From positions 928,001 to 992,000 of the forward strand of contig CAWFAK010000007.1 in the NCBI GenBank assembly GCA_963813715.1: a stretch of DNA of 64,000 nt, read 5' to 3'. A model generated the notes under the pieces. The model searched no databases and had not been told where the DNA came from. It saw only the letters and a list, made by a program, of their open reading frames with translations. Both the position numbers and the translations under genes were made by a program. This stretch comes from an uncultured Planctomycetaceae bacterium (GTDB lineage Bacteria; Planctomycetota; Planctomycetia; Planctomycetales; Planctomycetaceae). The first letter of the stretch is position 1; every line of letters starts with the position of its first letter. Below, in pieces: positions 1 through 10,047 of this stretch.

Positions 1-426
1 GCCCCCGTGGCCGGCCCCCGTCGGTACACAGCGAAAGAGTTCGCGGACGAGCGTCTCGATTGCCGGCCGAACGTCGGTCTCGCTCAGATTGCTCCGCATG
101 AGCCGCACGCCGCAATTGATGTCGTAGCCGACGCCGCCGGGCGAGATCACGCCCCCTTCTTCCGGGTCGGTCGCGCAGACGCCGCCGATGCAGAATCCGT
201 AGCCCCAATGGATGTCGGGCATCGCCAGGCTGGCTCGCTGAATTCCCGGCAGAAACGCGACGTTGGCCACCTGCTCCGCGGCGTCGTCCCGGCGGATCAA
301 CTCCATGAGCGCATTGTCGGCGTAGATCAAGCCGTCGACGCGCATGCCCCGCTTGTAGGATTTCGGGATCCGCCACAAGCACTCGTTCACGCGCTCGAGC
401 GGTCCGGCAAATTGTTTCGAGGGCAT
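1..426 (-). CDS. rtcB: RNA ligase RtcB, N-terminal part (runs off left edge)
   Basis: Manual translation of minus strand from ATG at 426: MPSKQFAGPLERVNECLWRIPK...QVANVAFLPGI...AMPDIHWGYGFCIGGV...SPGGVGYDINCGVRL, the RtcB signature motifs; directly downstream of archease. Not in the ORF track. Confidence 0.95.
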   Translation of the reverse strand, partial: MPSKQFAGPLERVNECLWRIPKSYKRGMRVDGLIYADNALMELIRRDDAAEQVANVAFLPGIQRASLAMPDIHWGYGFCIGGVCATDPEEGGVISPGGVGYDINCGVRLMRSNLSETDVRPAIETLVRELFRCVPTGAGHGG

Positions 427-480
427 ATCCTTCGCTCTCAATCAGACGGCACGGCATCAAGTCGCGCGGTGCCGCCTCGT

Positions 481-891
481 TCAAATGTCCAAAATGACCT
501 CGGCCCACCAACCGTCATGCGACTCTTCGACGACCAGGCCGTGATAAGTCACCGCTTTGACCTCATGCGCAAGTTGGTGCCGATCGGGATCGCACGTTTC
601 TCCGTGGACCGTCGCCGTCAAACCTTGATCGTCGCAGACCACCTCGAATTCGCCGCCGAGGAACTGTTTGGACTCGAAAAGAAATAACAGCTCCGTGAGA
701 AAATCGACGAACACATACTCCGGCTTTTCACCGTCCACCCGCACGCATATTTGTTCGCGAGGCTGAACCGCATCCGGATTGGACACAATCACCGCGAATA
801 AGGCTCGCCCCGCCTCGGCAAAAAGGCCGTTTAAATCGGGTGCCTGGATTCGCAGCCCCAAATCGGCCGTATGGTCGAAAACTTCAAACAT
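481..891 (-). CDS. Archease (RtcB activator)
   Basis: N-terminal FDHTAD, C-terminal EVKAVTYHGL...ILDI motifs; adjacent to rtcB. Confidence 0.93.
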   Translation of the reverse strand: MFEVFDHTADLGLRIQAPDLNGLFAEAGRALFAVIVSNPDAVQPREQICVRVDGEKPEYVFVDFLTELLFLFESKQFLGGEFEVVCDDQGLTATVHGETCDPDRHQLAHEVKAVTYHGLVVEESHDGWWAEVILDI

Positions 892-898
892 GGGGGGA

Positions 899-1010
899 GT
901 CCAAGGTCCGAAGTCCAAGGTCCAAGGTCAAAAGCTTGAGACGCCGACCGTCCCAGCGAATTTCGGTCTTCGACTTCCGACCTTGGAGTTTGGACCTGGG
1001 ACTTTGGACT
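899..1010. repeat. Inverted arrays of 7-bp tandem repeats (GTCCAAG-like)
   Basis: 899-933 GTCCAAG GTCCGAA GTCCAAG GTCCAAG GTCAAAA; 975-1009 TTCCGAC CTTGGAG TTTGGAC CTGGGAC TTTGGAC (reverse-complement units). Confidence 0.8.
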
Positions 1011-1068
1011 GATTATAAGAGTGGCGCACGCACTGCTCACATCCTCCTGGCGCGGCGAATCGAGGCTC

Positions 1069-1878
1069 ATGGATCTGCAACTGAAAAACCACGTCGCCGT
1101 CGTCACCGGCGGCGCGAACGGCATCGGCCGGGCCACCGCCCTGGCATTCGCTCGCGAAGGAGCCCACGTCGGCATCTGGGACCTCGATCCGCACGCCGCC
1201 CAGGCCGTCGCCGCTGAGGTCGCCCGGCTCGGCGTGCGCTCTGTCGGCGTTCCGGTAGACGTGGCCAACGCCGCCTCGGTTCGCGCGGCAGCCGATGAAA
1301 CAGCGAAAACGCTGGGGCCGATGGATCATCTCGTGCACGCGGCGGCGATCGGGTCCGGGCGGTTCGGCTTCCCCTTCACGAACCTCGAGCCGGCCGACTG
1401 GCCGCGGGTGCTGGAAGTCAACGTGCTGGGGATGGTCCATGTGGTGCACGCGATCGCGCCGCAAATGTACGAGCGACGCAGCGGCACGATGGTCTTTATC
1501 GCGTCGGTCGCCGGCCAGATCGGCTCGCAGACCGATCCCCCGTATAGCGCCTCGAAGGCGGCCAACATCAACTTCGCCCAATGCCTGGCCAAGGACCTCG
1601 CGCCGCACGGCGTGCGCGTGAACTCGGTCTGCCCGGGAATGGTGCCGACGACGTTAAATAAAGGCGTGTGGCAGGCCTGGCACGATCAGGCGCCGCCGGC
1701 CGAGCGCCTCTCGTACGAAGAATGGGCCGATCGCAAAATCCGGTCGGTCGTCCCGCTTGGCAAGTGGCAAACGCCCGAAGCCATCGCCGACATGATCGTG
1801 TTTCTCTCGTCCGATCGGGCCGAGCACGTCACCGGCCAGACAATCAACGTCGACGGCGGCTTTGTGATGCACTGGTAA
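1069..1878 (+). CDS. SDR family NAD(P)-dependent oxidoreductase
   Basis: TGGANGIG Rossmann motif, YSASK catalytic motif, NSVCPG, TGQTINVDGG. Confidence 0.95.
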   Translation: MDLQLKNHVAVVTGGANGIGRATALAFAREGAHVGIWDLDPHAAQAVAAEVARLGVRSVGVPVDVANAASVRAAADETAKTLGPMDHLVHAAAIGSGRFGFPFTNLEPADWPRVLEVNVLGMVHVVHAIAPQMYERRSGTMVFIASVAGQIGSQTDPPYSASKAANINFAQCLAKDLAPHGVRVNSVCPGMVPTTLNKGVWQAWHDQAPPAERLSYEEWADRKIRSVVPLGKWQTPEAIADMIVFLSSDRAEHVTGQTINVDGGFVMHW

Positions 1879-1885
1879 GTCGGCC

Positions 1886-2829
1886 ATGGCTCGCGCGCGA
1901 ATTGCCGTCGTCGGCTCGATCAACGCGGACCTCGTCGTACGCTGCGCGCGGCTGCCCCGCCCAGGCGAAACGATCTCCGCCCACGACGTTCGCGAAGTTG
2001 CCGGCGGCAAGGGCGCCAACCAAGCCGTTGCGGCCGCTCGACTGGGTGCCGACGTCACGATGATCGGCCGCGTGGGCGACGACGCTTTCGGCCAACGGCT
2101 CCGCACCGGCCTGCAGGAAAACGGCGTCGACGTCTCGCACGTGTTGACCACGCCCGACTGTGCCAGCGGCCTGGCCATCGTGACCGTCGAAGACAGCGGC
2201 GAGAATTCGATCGTGATCGTCCCCGGCGCCAACGGGCGACTGACCGCGGCTGACGTGCTTGCCGCGAGTTCGATCCTGCGCGACGCCGACATCGTGCTCG
2301 TGCAGCTCGAAGTGCCGCTAGAAACGACGATTGCCGCCATCCAACTGGCCCGCGAGCATGGCACGCCCGTCATCCTCGATCCGGCTCCGGCCCCCGCATC
2401 TGGGCGACGATCGTCATGGACGGCTACCGAATTGCTCAAGGTCGAGGTCGCGTGCCCGAACGAAGCAGAAGCACTCGCCCTCACCAACGTGCGCATCGAA
2501 ACTGTGGCAGACGCCGAGCAGGCGGCCTGCTGTTTGCGATCGCTCGGCCCGAAGTACGGCATCGTGACGCTCGGAGCGCGGGGAGCAGTGCTCTGTGAGC
2601 CCGACTCGAGGCCGGTACTCATTCCCGCGTTCCCGATCGCTGCCGTCGACACGACCGCGGCCGGAGACGCTTTCGCCGCCGCGTTGGCAGTGCGACTTGC
2701 CCAGAAAGCGGCGATGGTGGACGCGGTGCGGTTTGCCTGCGCGGCCGGCGCCCTGGCCGCCTCTCGTGCGGGCGCCAACCGGCAATGCCGCGTCTAGTCG
2801 AGGTCGAATCGCTCCTGGCAACCGGCTGA
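1886..2829 (+). CDS. rbsK: Ribokinase (PfkB family); frameshift near C-terminus (~2777)
   Basis: GSINAD, GGKGANQAVAAARLG, PNEAE, DTTAAGDAF; shifting frame after AGA gives the expected tail (Q)PAMPRLVEVESLLATG* ending at 2829. Confidence 0.88.
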
Positions 2830-2894
2830 CCGGCGAGGCATCGTTTGGCTGCGACGTCGGCACCGGAGAAAATGGGAATCGTGAGGTCAACGCG

Positions 2895-3800
2895 ATGATA
2901 ATTCCGCGATCTCTGCTGATGCTGATCGCCTGTGGCACGTCGCCCGGTTTGCTTGGGTCAAACGCCCGGGCAGACGGTGACATCACGCCGCCGAAAGCTG
3001 CGATGCCTTTTGTCGGTTCCAAAGCGGGTGAAGAACGCCAAGTCTCGGGCATCAAATTGTGTTGGTGTCCGGCCGGCCATTTCACGATGGGTAGCCCGCG
3101 CACCGAACCAGAGCGCCGGCCGGGAGAGAATCAGGTTGAGGTCACGCTGAGTCAAGGCTTCTGGGCGGGCAAGTATGAAGTCACGCAAGGCGATTGGAAG
3201 CGGATTGTCGGCACGTTGCCCGGGCCGTTGACGCCGGCCGGTGGAGCGGGAGATGACTTTCCCGTCTATAACGTCAACTGGCCCGAGGCCGTCGAGTTTT
3301 GCCGCAGGCTCTCCGAGAAGGCGCATGCGTCGGGCGAGTTGCCCAAGGGTTGGGAGTTTCGCTTGCCGACCGAAGCGCAGTGGGAATACGCGTGCCGGGC
3401 GGGAACGACAACGGCGACCGCTTTCGGGGACAAGATCAGCAGCAAACAGGCGAACTTTCTCGGCGACAAACCGTACAACGGGGCCGAGGTTGGGCCCGCG
3501 CTCCATCGGGCGACAAAAGTCGGGAGCTTTCCCGCCAACGCGTGGGGCGTGCATGACATGCACGGCAACGTCGTCGAATGGTGTCGCGATTGGTTTCACA
3601 CGCGCTTGCCGGGCGGCACAGATCCCGATCTGTCGAACGCTCTGGGGAGCAAGAACCGCACGGGCGACTACTCAAGATCGCGACGCGGCAGCGGCTTTAC
3701 CGATCCTGGCTGGGCCTGCCGCTCGGCGTTCCGTCAGCGGTTCGAGCCGGAGAGGCGCTACGACCACATCGGCTTTCGCGTCGTGGCCGTCCGGATGTAA
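2895..3800 (+). CDS. Formylglycine-generating enzyme (FGE/SUMF1) family protein, secreted
   Basis: FTMGS, YEVTQ, RLPTEAQWEYACRAG, NAWGVHDMHGNVVEWC, IGFRV. Confidence 0.92.
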   Translation: MIIPRSLLMLIACGTSPGLLGSNARADGDITPPKAAMPFVGSKAGEERQVSGIKLCWCPAGHFTMGSPRTEPERRPGENQVEVTLSQGFWAGKYEVTQGDWKRIVGTLPGPLTPAGGAGDDFPVYNVNWPEAVEFCRRLSEKAHASGELPKGWEFRLPTEAQWEYACRAGTTTATAFGDKISSKQANFLGDKPYNGAEVGPALHRATKVGSFPANAWGVHDMHGNVVEWCRDWFHTRLPGGTDPDLSNALGSKNRTGDYSRSRRGSGFTDPGWACRSAFRQRFEPERRYDHIGFRVVAVRM

Positions 3801-3912
3801 TTTTTCAATCCCATTCGAGCGGCCGATCGTCGCGATGCCACTGGAGCGCCCGGGAAGCATCGACCAGCAAGCCTCGTCGCTAGTCCCATTTTGAGCACAA
3901 AGAGGTGGTCAG

Positions 3913-4563
3913 ATGAGAAGTTTTCTGTTGTCCGCCGCGATCTGGCTCGGCCCCATCATGGTTTTGCAGGCCGCGGACGGAACCAACAAGGTCGTCGAGC
4001 ACTCCCAGCGGATCCCCCGCACCTCGGAGGGGCTCGGCACGACTTCGTATCATTCGACTGACGCCGAAAAACACGCCACTGCCGGCTACGGCGAAGAGGA
4101 GCTCGCTTCCGGGTCGCCCGAGACGGGGACGCTCAAGGGGAAGCCGGGCCGTCGAATCGCCTGGTTCGGCATCGTGCGCGACGTGCACGAAGACAAGGCA
4201 AAGAACGAGACCCGTCTGCGCGTCGAGATGAAGTACTTCGACGGCATGACCGATCTGCACTTGCAGATTGTTTCCCTTTATGGGGCGGGTGATTTCCAGG
4301 CGGTGATTTCGGGGACGGATCACAAAATCAAGAGCCTGTCGCTCGTGCGCGTGTACGGAAAAGTCGTCGGCGAGACCGCCGGCATCCCGCTGGTCTCAGC
4401 CCAGTTCGTCCGCGTTTGGGATTGGGGCCTGTTTGCCTTCATGGACTACGGCACAGATAAAAGCGACCCGCAATGGGTGAAGCTTCGCAAAGTCGACAAG
4501 TTCCACATCTACAGCAGCCGACCAAATAAGCGATACTACGAAGCGACGATCGGAAGCCGCTGA
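3913..4563 (+). CDS. Hypothetical secreted protein
   Basis: Signal-peptide-like N-terminus, GAGG RBS, 216 aa coding-like ORF. Confidence 0.7.
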   Translation: MRSFLLSAAIWLGPIMVLQAADGTNKVVEHSQRIPRTSEGLGTTSYHSTDAEKHATAGYGEEELASGSPETGTLKGKPGRRIAWFGIVRDVHEDKAKNETRLRVEMKYFDGMTDLHLQIVSLYGAGDFQAVISGTDHKIKSLSLVRVYGKVVGETAGIPLVSAQFVRVWDWGLFAFMDYGTDKSDPQWVKLRKVDKFHIYSSRPNKRYYEATIGSR

Positions 4564-4651
4564 TGTTTGGTGGGCGACGTGGTCGACCCCGACGTTCTTC
4601 GCAAGAATAGCCTCCAATTGTCCGCGTCATCCTGGAACGGAGACCCCTGCC

Positions 4652-5708
4652 ATGAGTCCTTGCCGCGCTGCGATTCTGGTGGCCGTCTGCCTCTTGTCAC
4701 GGGCCAACGCCGACGAAAAAGGCATTGCGTCCGTCGACACCTACGGGCTGCATCATGTCGAGCGCAAGAAGGTGCTCGAGGTCGCCGGTCTGAGTGAAGG
4801 GGATCGGCCGCCCCGATTCGTGCAGTGGAAAGCCATCTCCGGGAGACTGGAGAAGATTCCGGGCGTCAAGCGCGCAGCGATCGTGGTCGTCACGGCCCCG
4901 ACCGAAACCGCGACGGGCGGCACGATCGGCCGACCGATCGTCTACCTCGGCATTCAGGAATCCGACCAGCCGGACGTGAAGTTTCGCGTGGCTCCGACCG
5001 GCAAGGTCGCGCTGCCCAAAGAAGTCCTCAAGCTCCATGCAGAGTATCAACGGACGTGGCTCGATTCGATCAAGCACAATGACTTCAGCGAGGATGACTC
5101 AAACGGCTACGCGCTGATCGGGCAACGAAGCAGCTCGTGCCGTCCAACGAAAGTTCCCGGCGCTGGCCGACCAGTACTACGATCAGCTGGTCGATGTCCT
5201 GCAGAACTCGAAGAACGCCGAACAGCGGGCGATTGCGGCAACGATCATTGCCTATTCGAGCAATAAGAAACGGGCTGCAAGCGATCTGATCACCGGCACG
5301 CAAGACGCGAGCGAGGGGGTACGAAACAACGCCGTTCGAGCCCTCTCGGTTCTTACCAACTATTCCAGGGCTCATCGCGAGCTGGGGATCAATGTGCCGA
5401 CCGATTGGTGCCTCGACTTGTTGGAATCGGTGACGTGGACCGATCGCAACAAAGCGATGGCGGTGCTGGGTGGGGCAACGGCCGACCGCGATCCGGCATT
5501 GCTCGCCAAACTGCGACAGCGATCGTTGCCGTCGTTGGTCGAAATGGCCCGCTGGAAAGCCGACCATGGGATGATGGCCCTTCTGCTTGTCGGCCGAATC
5601 GCGGGCCTGAGCGATCAGGAGACTCAACAGGCCTGGAAAGCCGGCCAGCGCGACAAGGTGATCGAGCGCGCTTTGCAAACCCGATCAGCTGCCTCCGAAT
5701 CCAACTAG
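4652..5708 (+). CDS. Hypothetical secreted protein with HEAT-like helical repeats (frameshift ~5120)
   Basis: ORF 4652-5266 joins a second frame (...LVDVLQNSKNAEQRAIAATIIAY...VRNNAVRAL...WTDRNKAMAVL) ending at 5708. Confidence 0.65.
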
Positions 5709-5826
5709 GGATTTCCGCCCTCAACACCGTTTTCGGCAATCGGACAGCGGCTCCTGTCGCTCGACAATCTGCGGGCACTTCGGGGCCATTTCGGCATTGA
5801 GCGCGATGTAGCTCTTCCACGACTCG

Positions 5827-6029
5827 GGCAGGGAGCAAGCCTTGCTGACACGCTTGCGCAGGTTGTCTCCGGCATCTCCGTCCCGGCGCCGGATCGGCTG
5901 CGGGCCGATCTCTCACAGTCGGTCAACGAGGTCTGCCTTCGCTGCCTGGCGAAGTCGCCTGAGACCGGATACGAGACCATGCGGCAGTTGGGCGAGGCAC
6001 TTGAGGCGGCACTGAGCACGCTCAGTTAA
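5827..6029 (+). pseudogene. Orphan fragment of a Ser/Thr kinase C-lobe
   Basis: Translates ...DTLAQVVSGISVPAPDRLRADLSQSVNEVCLRCLAKSPETGYETMRQLGEALEAALSTLS*, resembling kinase subdomain XI; no upstream kinase domain. Confidence 0.55.
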
Positions 6030-6150
6030 TACGCTCGGCCGGCCCAACCCGGCCCACAAATCCACCGTGACAAGCGCCGGACGGGCGGCTACGATCGCAG
6101 CGTATCTCGCGCCCGACACGTCTGGCAACTCACAAACCGAGGAGAGCTGC

Positions 6151-6393
6151 GTGGATATCGTCTGGTTCTTGATCATCGGCATCGTCGCCGGCTGGCTCGC
6201 CGGAAAGATTATGCGGGGTGGCGGCTTTGGTCTGATCGGCGACCTCGTTGTGGGCGTGATCGGGGCGGTTCTCGGAGGCTTTCTCTTCGGGTTGTTGGGA
6301 CTGTCCGCGAACGGACTAATCGGCAGCCTGGTGACAGCGACCGTCGGCGCAATCGTGCTGCTGTTTCTGATCCATCTGATCAAGCGCGCCTGA
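6151..6393 (+). CDS. GlsB/YeaQ/YmgE (transglycosylase-associated) membrane protein
   Basis: IIGIVAGWLAGKIM.GGGFGLIGDLVVGVIGAVLGG...ATVGAIVLL; GGAG RBS before GTG. Confidence 0.92.
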   Translation: MDIVWFLIIGIVAGWLAGKIMRGGGFGLIGDLVVGVIGAVLGGFLFGLLGLSANGLIGSLVTATVGAIVLLFLIHLIKRA

Positions 6394-6419
6394 ACGATCC
6401 GCGTAATTTCGAGCTCGCG

Positions 6420-7636
6420 ATGCAGGCGCATCGACCTGCCGTCAGATGTCAAATATTAGTGCGGGCCTTTCCGTTCGCCCTCTCGCTGGCAGCGGCGCCG
6501 CTCGCGGTCGCACAGAGTGCCCCTCGGTCCGGGGTGGCGCCGAAAGAGATTGTGGCTTTCTCACCCGCGTCGATTGAGCGCCTCAAGAATCTCGGCTGCG
6601 GCGCCTACGATCGGCCGCCTCGAAAGTCTGATCTGTCGCTCGTGCTGAGCGCGCTCGCGGCGCGAGATCTCGAGGTCAGCAGCTTCGGCTGCCTGGCAGT
6701 CGAGAAATTGGCCTGCGATCACGCTTTCAATGCGCACTCGGCCAAAGCAGTCTTGGACCTGGTCGTGCCGAAATTGCGCAGCCCGCACGACGACACCAGT
6801 GAATGGGCCACACGAGCTGTCGAAGCCTTGGCCAAAGATACTCCATTCATCACTCGGGACATTCTGCCCCGCATCCATGCCACAGATGTCAAAATGCTCG
6901 AGATGACGACCCCGAAATGCGTGCACGCGGCTTCGGCCTGGCTCAAGGCGTTTTACCGCTGCTGGACGAGCGGCAACACGCGGAATTGGTCCGGTCCATG
7001 ATGCGTGCGTATTGCTGGCCGGTCGTCGGCAACCGTCTTGTCGCCAACAAAAGGCGGGACAAAACCTACGCCAACGGCGATGCGCAAGCGCGACTGCTGG
7101 GCATTCTGGCCTTCAGCGTCGCAGCAGAACGAATCAAAGACGAGTCGCTCGCGAGCCAGGTCGCCCTAGAACTCCTGAGCGCGATCGGGACTGAGCAGAC
7201 ACCCGACTTTTTTCCCGGGCATTGGGAACTCTATGGAATCGCGAAACTGGCGCCTCACGTCAGCGGACCGCTTCGCGAGCGGATCCTTCTGACGCTGATT
7301 GCGAGTGTTGCGAACGATAAATACGTCTACTCACTGACGTCCGGTGAACCTAGCCCCCCGCTCCATGCCGGTGGAGAGGCACTGTCGATCGTCGCGCCAT
7401 TGCTCAGCCGCGATTTGCTCGACCAAGCGGAGAAGGCGATCCCAATAAATAAAAAGGGAAGATTCCCGTACCTGTTCATTCCGGATGACTCGCCACTCGG
7501 ATTTAGCGTCGTGGCGCGGTCCTGGCCCACCGCGGAGGCCTACGAGTCGATGTACGGATCGGCGCGGAAGGCGCTCGCAGTACGAAGAAGAGAGTTGGCC
7601 AACGCAGTGCCAATTTTGAACCCAGGCGGGAAGTGA
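6420..7636 (+). CDS. Hypothetical secreted helical protein (frameshift ~6930)
   Basis: Overlapping ORFs 6420-7001 and 6803-7636 join into one protein-like reading frame; signal-like N-terminus. Confidence 0.5.
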
Positions 7637-7646
7637 ATCTCGCGGC

Positions 7647-8504
7647 TCAGGTCGCGGTCTTGCCCGCTTCGCTCCCCAGGCGCGAACGGGGCGAGGTTCG
7701 TCGCACGAGAAGCCACAGTCCGGCGACAAAGAGCGCGATCACGGGCGTCCACGGGACTAAGGCGACCACGAGCAGCGTGACCCCCTCGGCGAACGCGATC
7801 AAATTGTCGAGCGAGCCGTGGAAGGTGCGCGAGACATTGCTGGCAAACGAGGCCATCACGGGCGGGGCGTATTGCTGGCGCTCGTGCATGACGATCTCGA
7901 CCGTCGCCAGCGCCACTTGATTGTCCCAAAGCTTGACCGTCCCTTTGAGCTGTTCCAGCTCGGTCGTCACGCGATTGAGTTCCCGCTCGGCTTCGAGCAG
8001 CTCGCTGATTTTGCCGGTCTGTTCCTTGATGATTTTCTGCAGGCGATCGACCTGGACCTTCTTGTTGTCGATGCGGACCTGGTAATCGAAGTATTTTTCG
8101 GTGATGTTTTGCGAGTCGGTCTTGTCCCGCAAGGCTTCGCCGAGTTTTGACGCTTGCCTGACGAAGTCGGCAAACATGTCGACCGGAACGCGGACCCGCC
8201 ACGTCGCCGAGGGATGAGCGTGCAGAGTGTTGTTGATTTCCGAATCCGCCAGCAGGGCCTGGTGATCCTGCACCAGCTTCTCGAGCCTGGCAGTTGCCTC
8301 GGACAGATTGTCGACCAGCAGGTCGAGACTGGCGTTGTAAATAATCTTGCGGCGACTCAGCTCGCCCGACGGTTGCGGCTTTTGCTTGGCCGGCGGCGTC
8401 TGCACGTTGGGGGGAACCTCGGCTGTTTTGGCCGCCCGTTCCCCCGCTTCCGAACAGCCCAAAACGAACGCCAGCAGCACGGCCGCCAAACGAAAGCGTT
8501 TCAT
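7647..8504 (-). CDS. DUF4349 domain lipoprotein
   Basis: Lipobox VLGC, RKIIYNASLDL, VRVP, ITEKYFD, ELLEAEREL, C-terminal TM helix. Confidence 0.88.
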   Translation of the reverse strand: MKRFRLAAVLLAFVLGCSEAGERAAKTAEVPPNVQTPPAKQKPQPSGELSRRKIIYNASLDLLVDNLSEATARLEKLVQDHQALLADSEINNTLHAHPSATWRVRVPVDMFADFVRQASKLGEALRDKTDSQNITEKYFDYQVRIDNKKVQVDRLQKIIKEQTGKISELLEAERELNRVTTELEQLKGTVKLWDNQVALATVEIVMHERQQYAPPVMASFASNVSRTFHGSLDNLIAFAEGVTLLVVALVPWTPVIALFVAGLWLLVRRTSPRSRLGSEAGKTAT

Positions 8505-8764
8505 GAATCGCACCTTGCGAAAGAAGTGGCTTTGGCGACCGGAACGCCGCACAGCCTGCTGGCCGTCCCGCCTGCAGTATGTCGCGATCCGCGCCGCCGA
8601 AACCAAGGCCAAAGAAGCCAACGAAATGAATGGCTGGAGGTTGCCCCGGACGGGGCCATGCCATCCTAGAGACGCGGACGGCCGCCGCTTTTATTCCCAG
8701 AAAACGCGGTTTTGCGCGTTTTGGCCAGCAAAGCCGACGCCATCGATTAGCGATCCGCGGCCGG

Positions 8765-9466
8765 CTAGGCCTGAATCAGGTCCAAAAATCGCGTCGCGAA
8801 CCTCGGAGCGGTGCCCGAGTCTTCGTGCTTGAAGAAAACGAAAGCCTCGTCCCACTTTTGCGATTTGGCCTTTTCGAGCCACTCGACCAGCCGCTGCTCG
8901 GAGTACACTTCGCGCCGTAGCCGCAACATGCCCCAGCGGGCCGTGTTCACCAGGTCGGGCGACGGCAGGTCCTCCGAATCAGCCACGCAGAGCGCACACG
9001 ATTTTGCGCGAAGCCGTGCGAAGACCTCGTCGTCGAACCAGCTCTCGTGGCGAAATTCCATCGCCACGGCGGTCCCGGTTGGGATCAGATCCAAAAAGCC
9101 GTCGAGCCGCGACACGTCCTTCTTGAAATTCGGCGGCAACTGAAAGAGCAGAGGCCCCAACCGCTGTTTGAGCACGGACGCGACCTGCAGAAATCGCTCC
9201 GTCGAGTCTTGGATGTCCTTGAGCCGCTTGAAATGCGTGATCGCCTGCGGCGCCTTGAGCACAAACCGAAAGTTCTCCGGCACCTGCGTGGCCCACGACT
9301 CGAGCACGCTGGGAGCCGGCATGCGATAGAACGTGTTGTTGATCTCGACGGTGGAGAACCGCTGGGCGTAGAAGCTCAACATCTCCTTGGCGGGCATCTT
9401 CTCCGGGTAAAAGCTCCCCTTCCACTCCTTGTAGCTGTAGCCGCTCGTGCCGACGAAGAATCGCAT
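8765..9466 (-). CDS. DUF72 domain protein (YecE-like)
   Basis: VGTSGYSYKEWKGSFYP, TVEINNTFYRMP, LFQLPPNF, EFRHESW. Confidence 0.93.
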   Translation of the reverse strand: MRFFVGTSGYSYKEWKGSFYPEKMPAKEMLSFYAQRFSTVEINNTFYRMPAPSVLESWATQVPENFRFVLKAPQAITHFKRLKDIQDSTERFLQVASVLKQRLGPLLFQLPPNFKKDVSRLDGFLDLIPTGTAVAMEFRHESWFDDEVFARLRAKSCALCVADSEDLPSPDLVNTARWGMLRLRREVYSEQRLVEWLEKAKSQKWDEAFVFFKHEDSGTAPRFATRFLDLIQA

Positions 9467-9851
9467 GGTATCGCAGCCTGCCGAGGTGCCGAAATCTGCC
9501 CCCAAAATCGCCACCATGCATTGTGCTCGACGCACAAAGGCGTCGCAAGAACCGACCGCGACAGAATTAACCAGCGGCCCGCCTCGACTGCCGCGCGCCC
9601 CTGCTGCCGACACCATCGTTCCGCCCGGCAATATCGGTTCTTTTTGTTCTTTTGGGTTGATCACCGCCCTCTCTTAACCCCTTGGGCACCGGTAGGTTTA
9701 CCGGTTTACGGCGTTTTCTCACCTGCGAACCAAGCGAGAGCGGCAGACAACCGCGACAGGTGACTTCAGGGCACGGTGATTGCGAGCGTGCAGCAGCGAC
9801 GTTAAATTCGAGCCGTCGCCGGACTGCGGATCCTCGCTGCCCGGTTGGCAC

Positions 9852-9924
9852 GCACTCGTAGCTCAACGGATAGAGCATCGGTCTTCGGAACCGAGGGTTG
9901 GGGGTTCGAATCCCTCCGAGTGCA
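9852..9924 (+). tRNA. tRNA-Arg (anticodon TCG)
   Basis: Acceptor stem GCACTCG/CGAGTGC, D arm GCTC..GAGC, anticodon arm TCGGT-CTTCGGA-ACCGA, T loop TTCGAAT; CCA not encoded. Confidence 0.95.
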
Positions 9925-10047
9925 CTCGATTCAAATCTCGCCGAACGCTTGATTTAGCGTACCTGTCCGCGTCGGGCAGTGCGGCCTGAAAGCCCTGGAA
10001 AAGTGGTCAAACTACCACTTTTCAAAAGGGCTCCAGGAGTTCGCACC

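Noticed and set aside
7..687. 226-aa plus-strand ORF
   Set aside because: Antisense shadow of rtcB and archease
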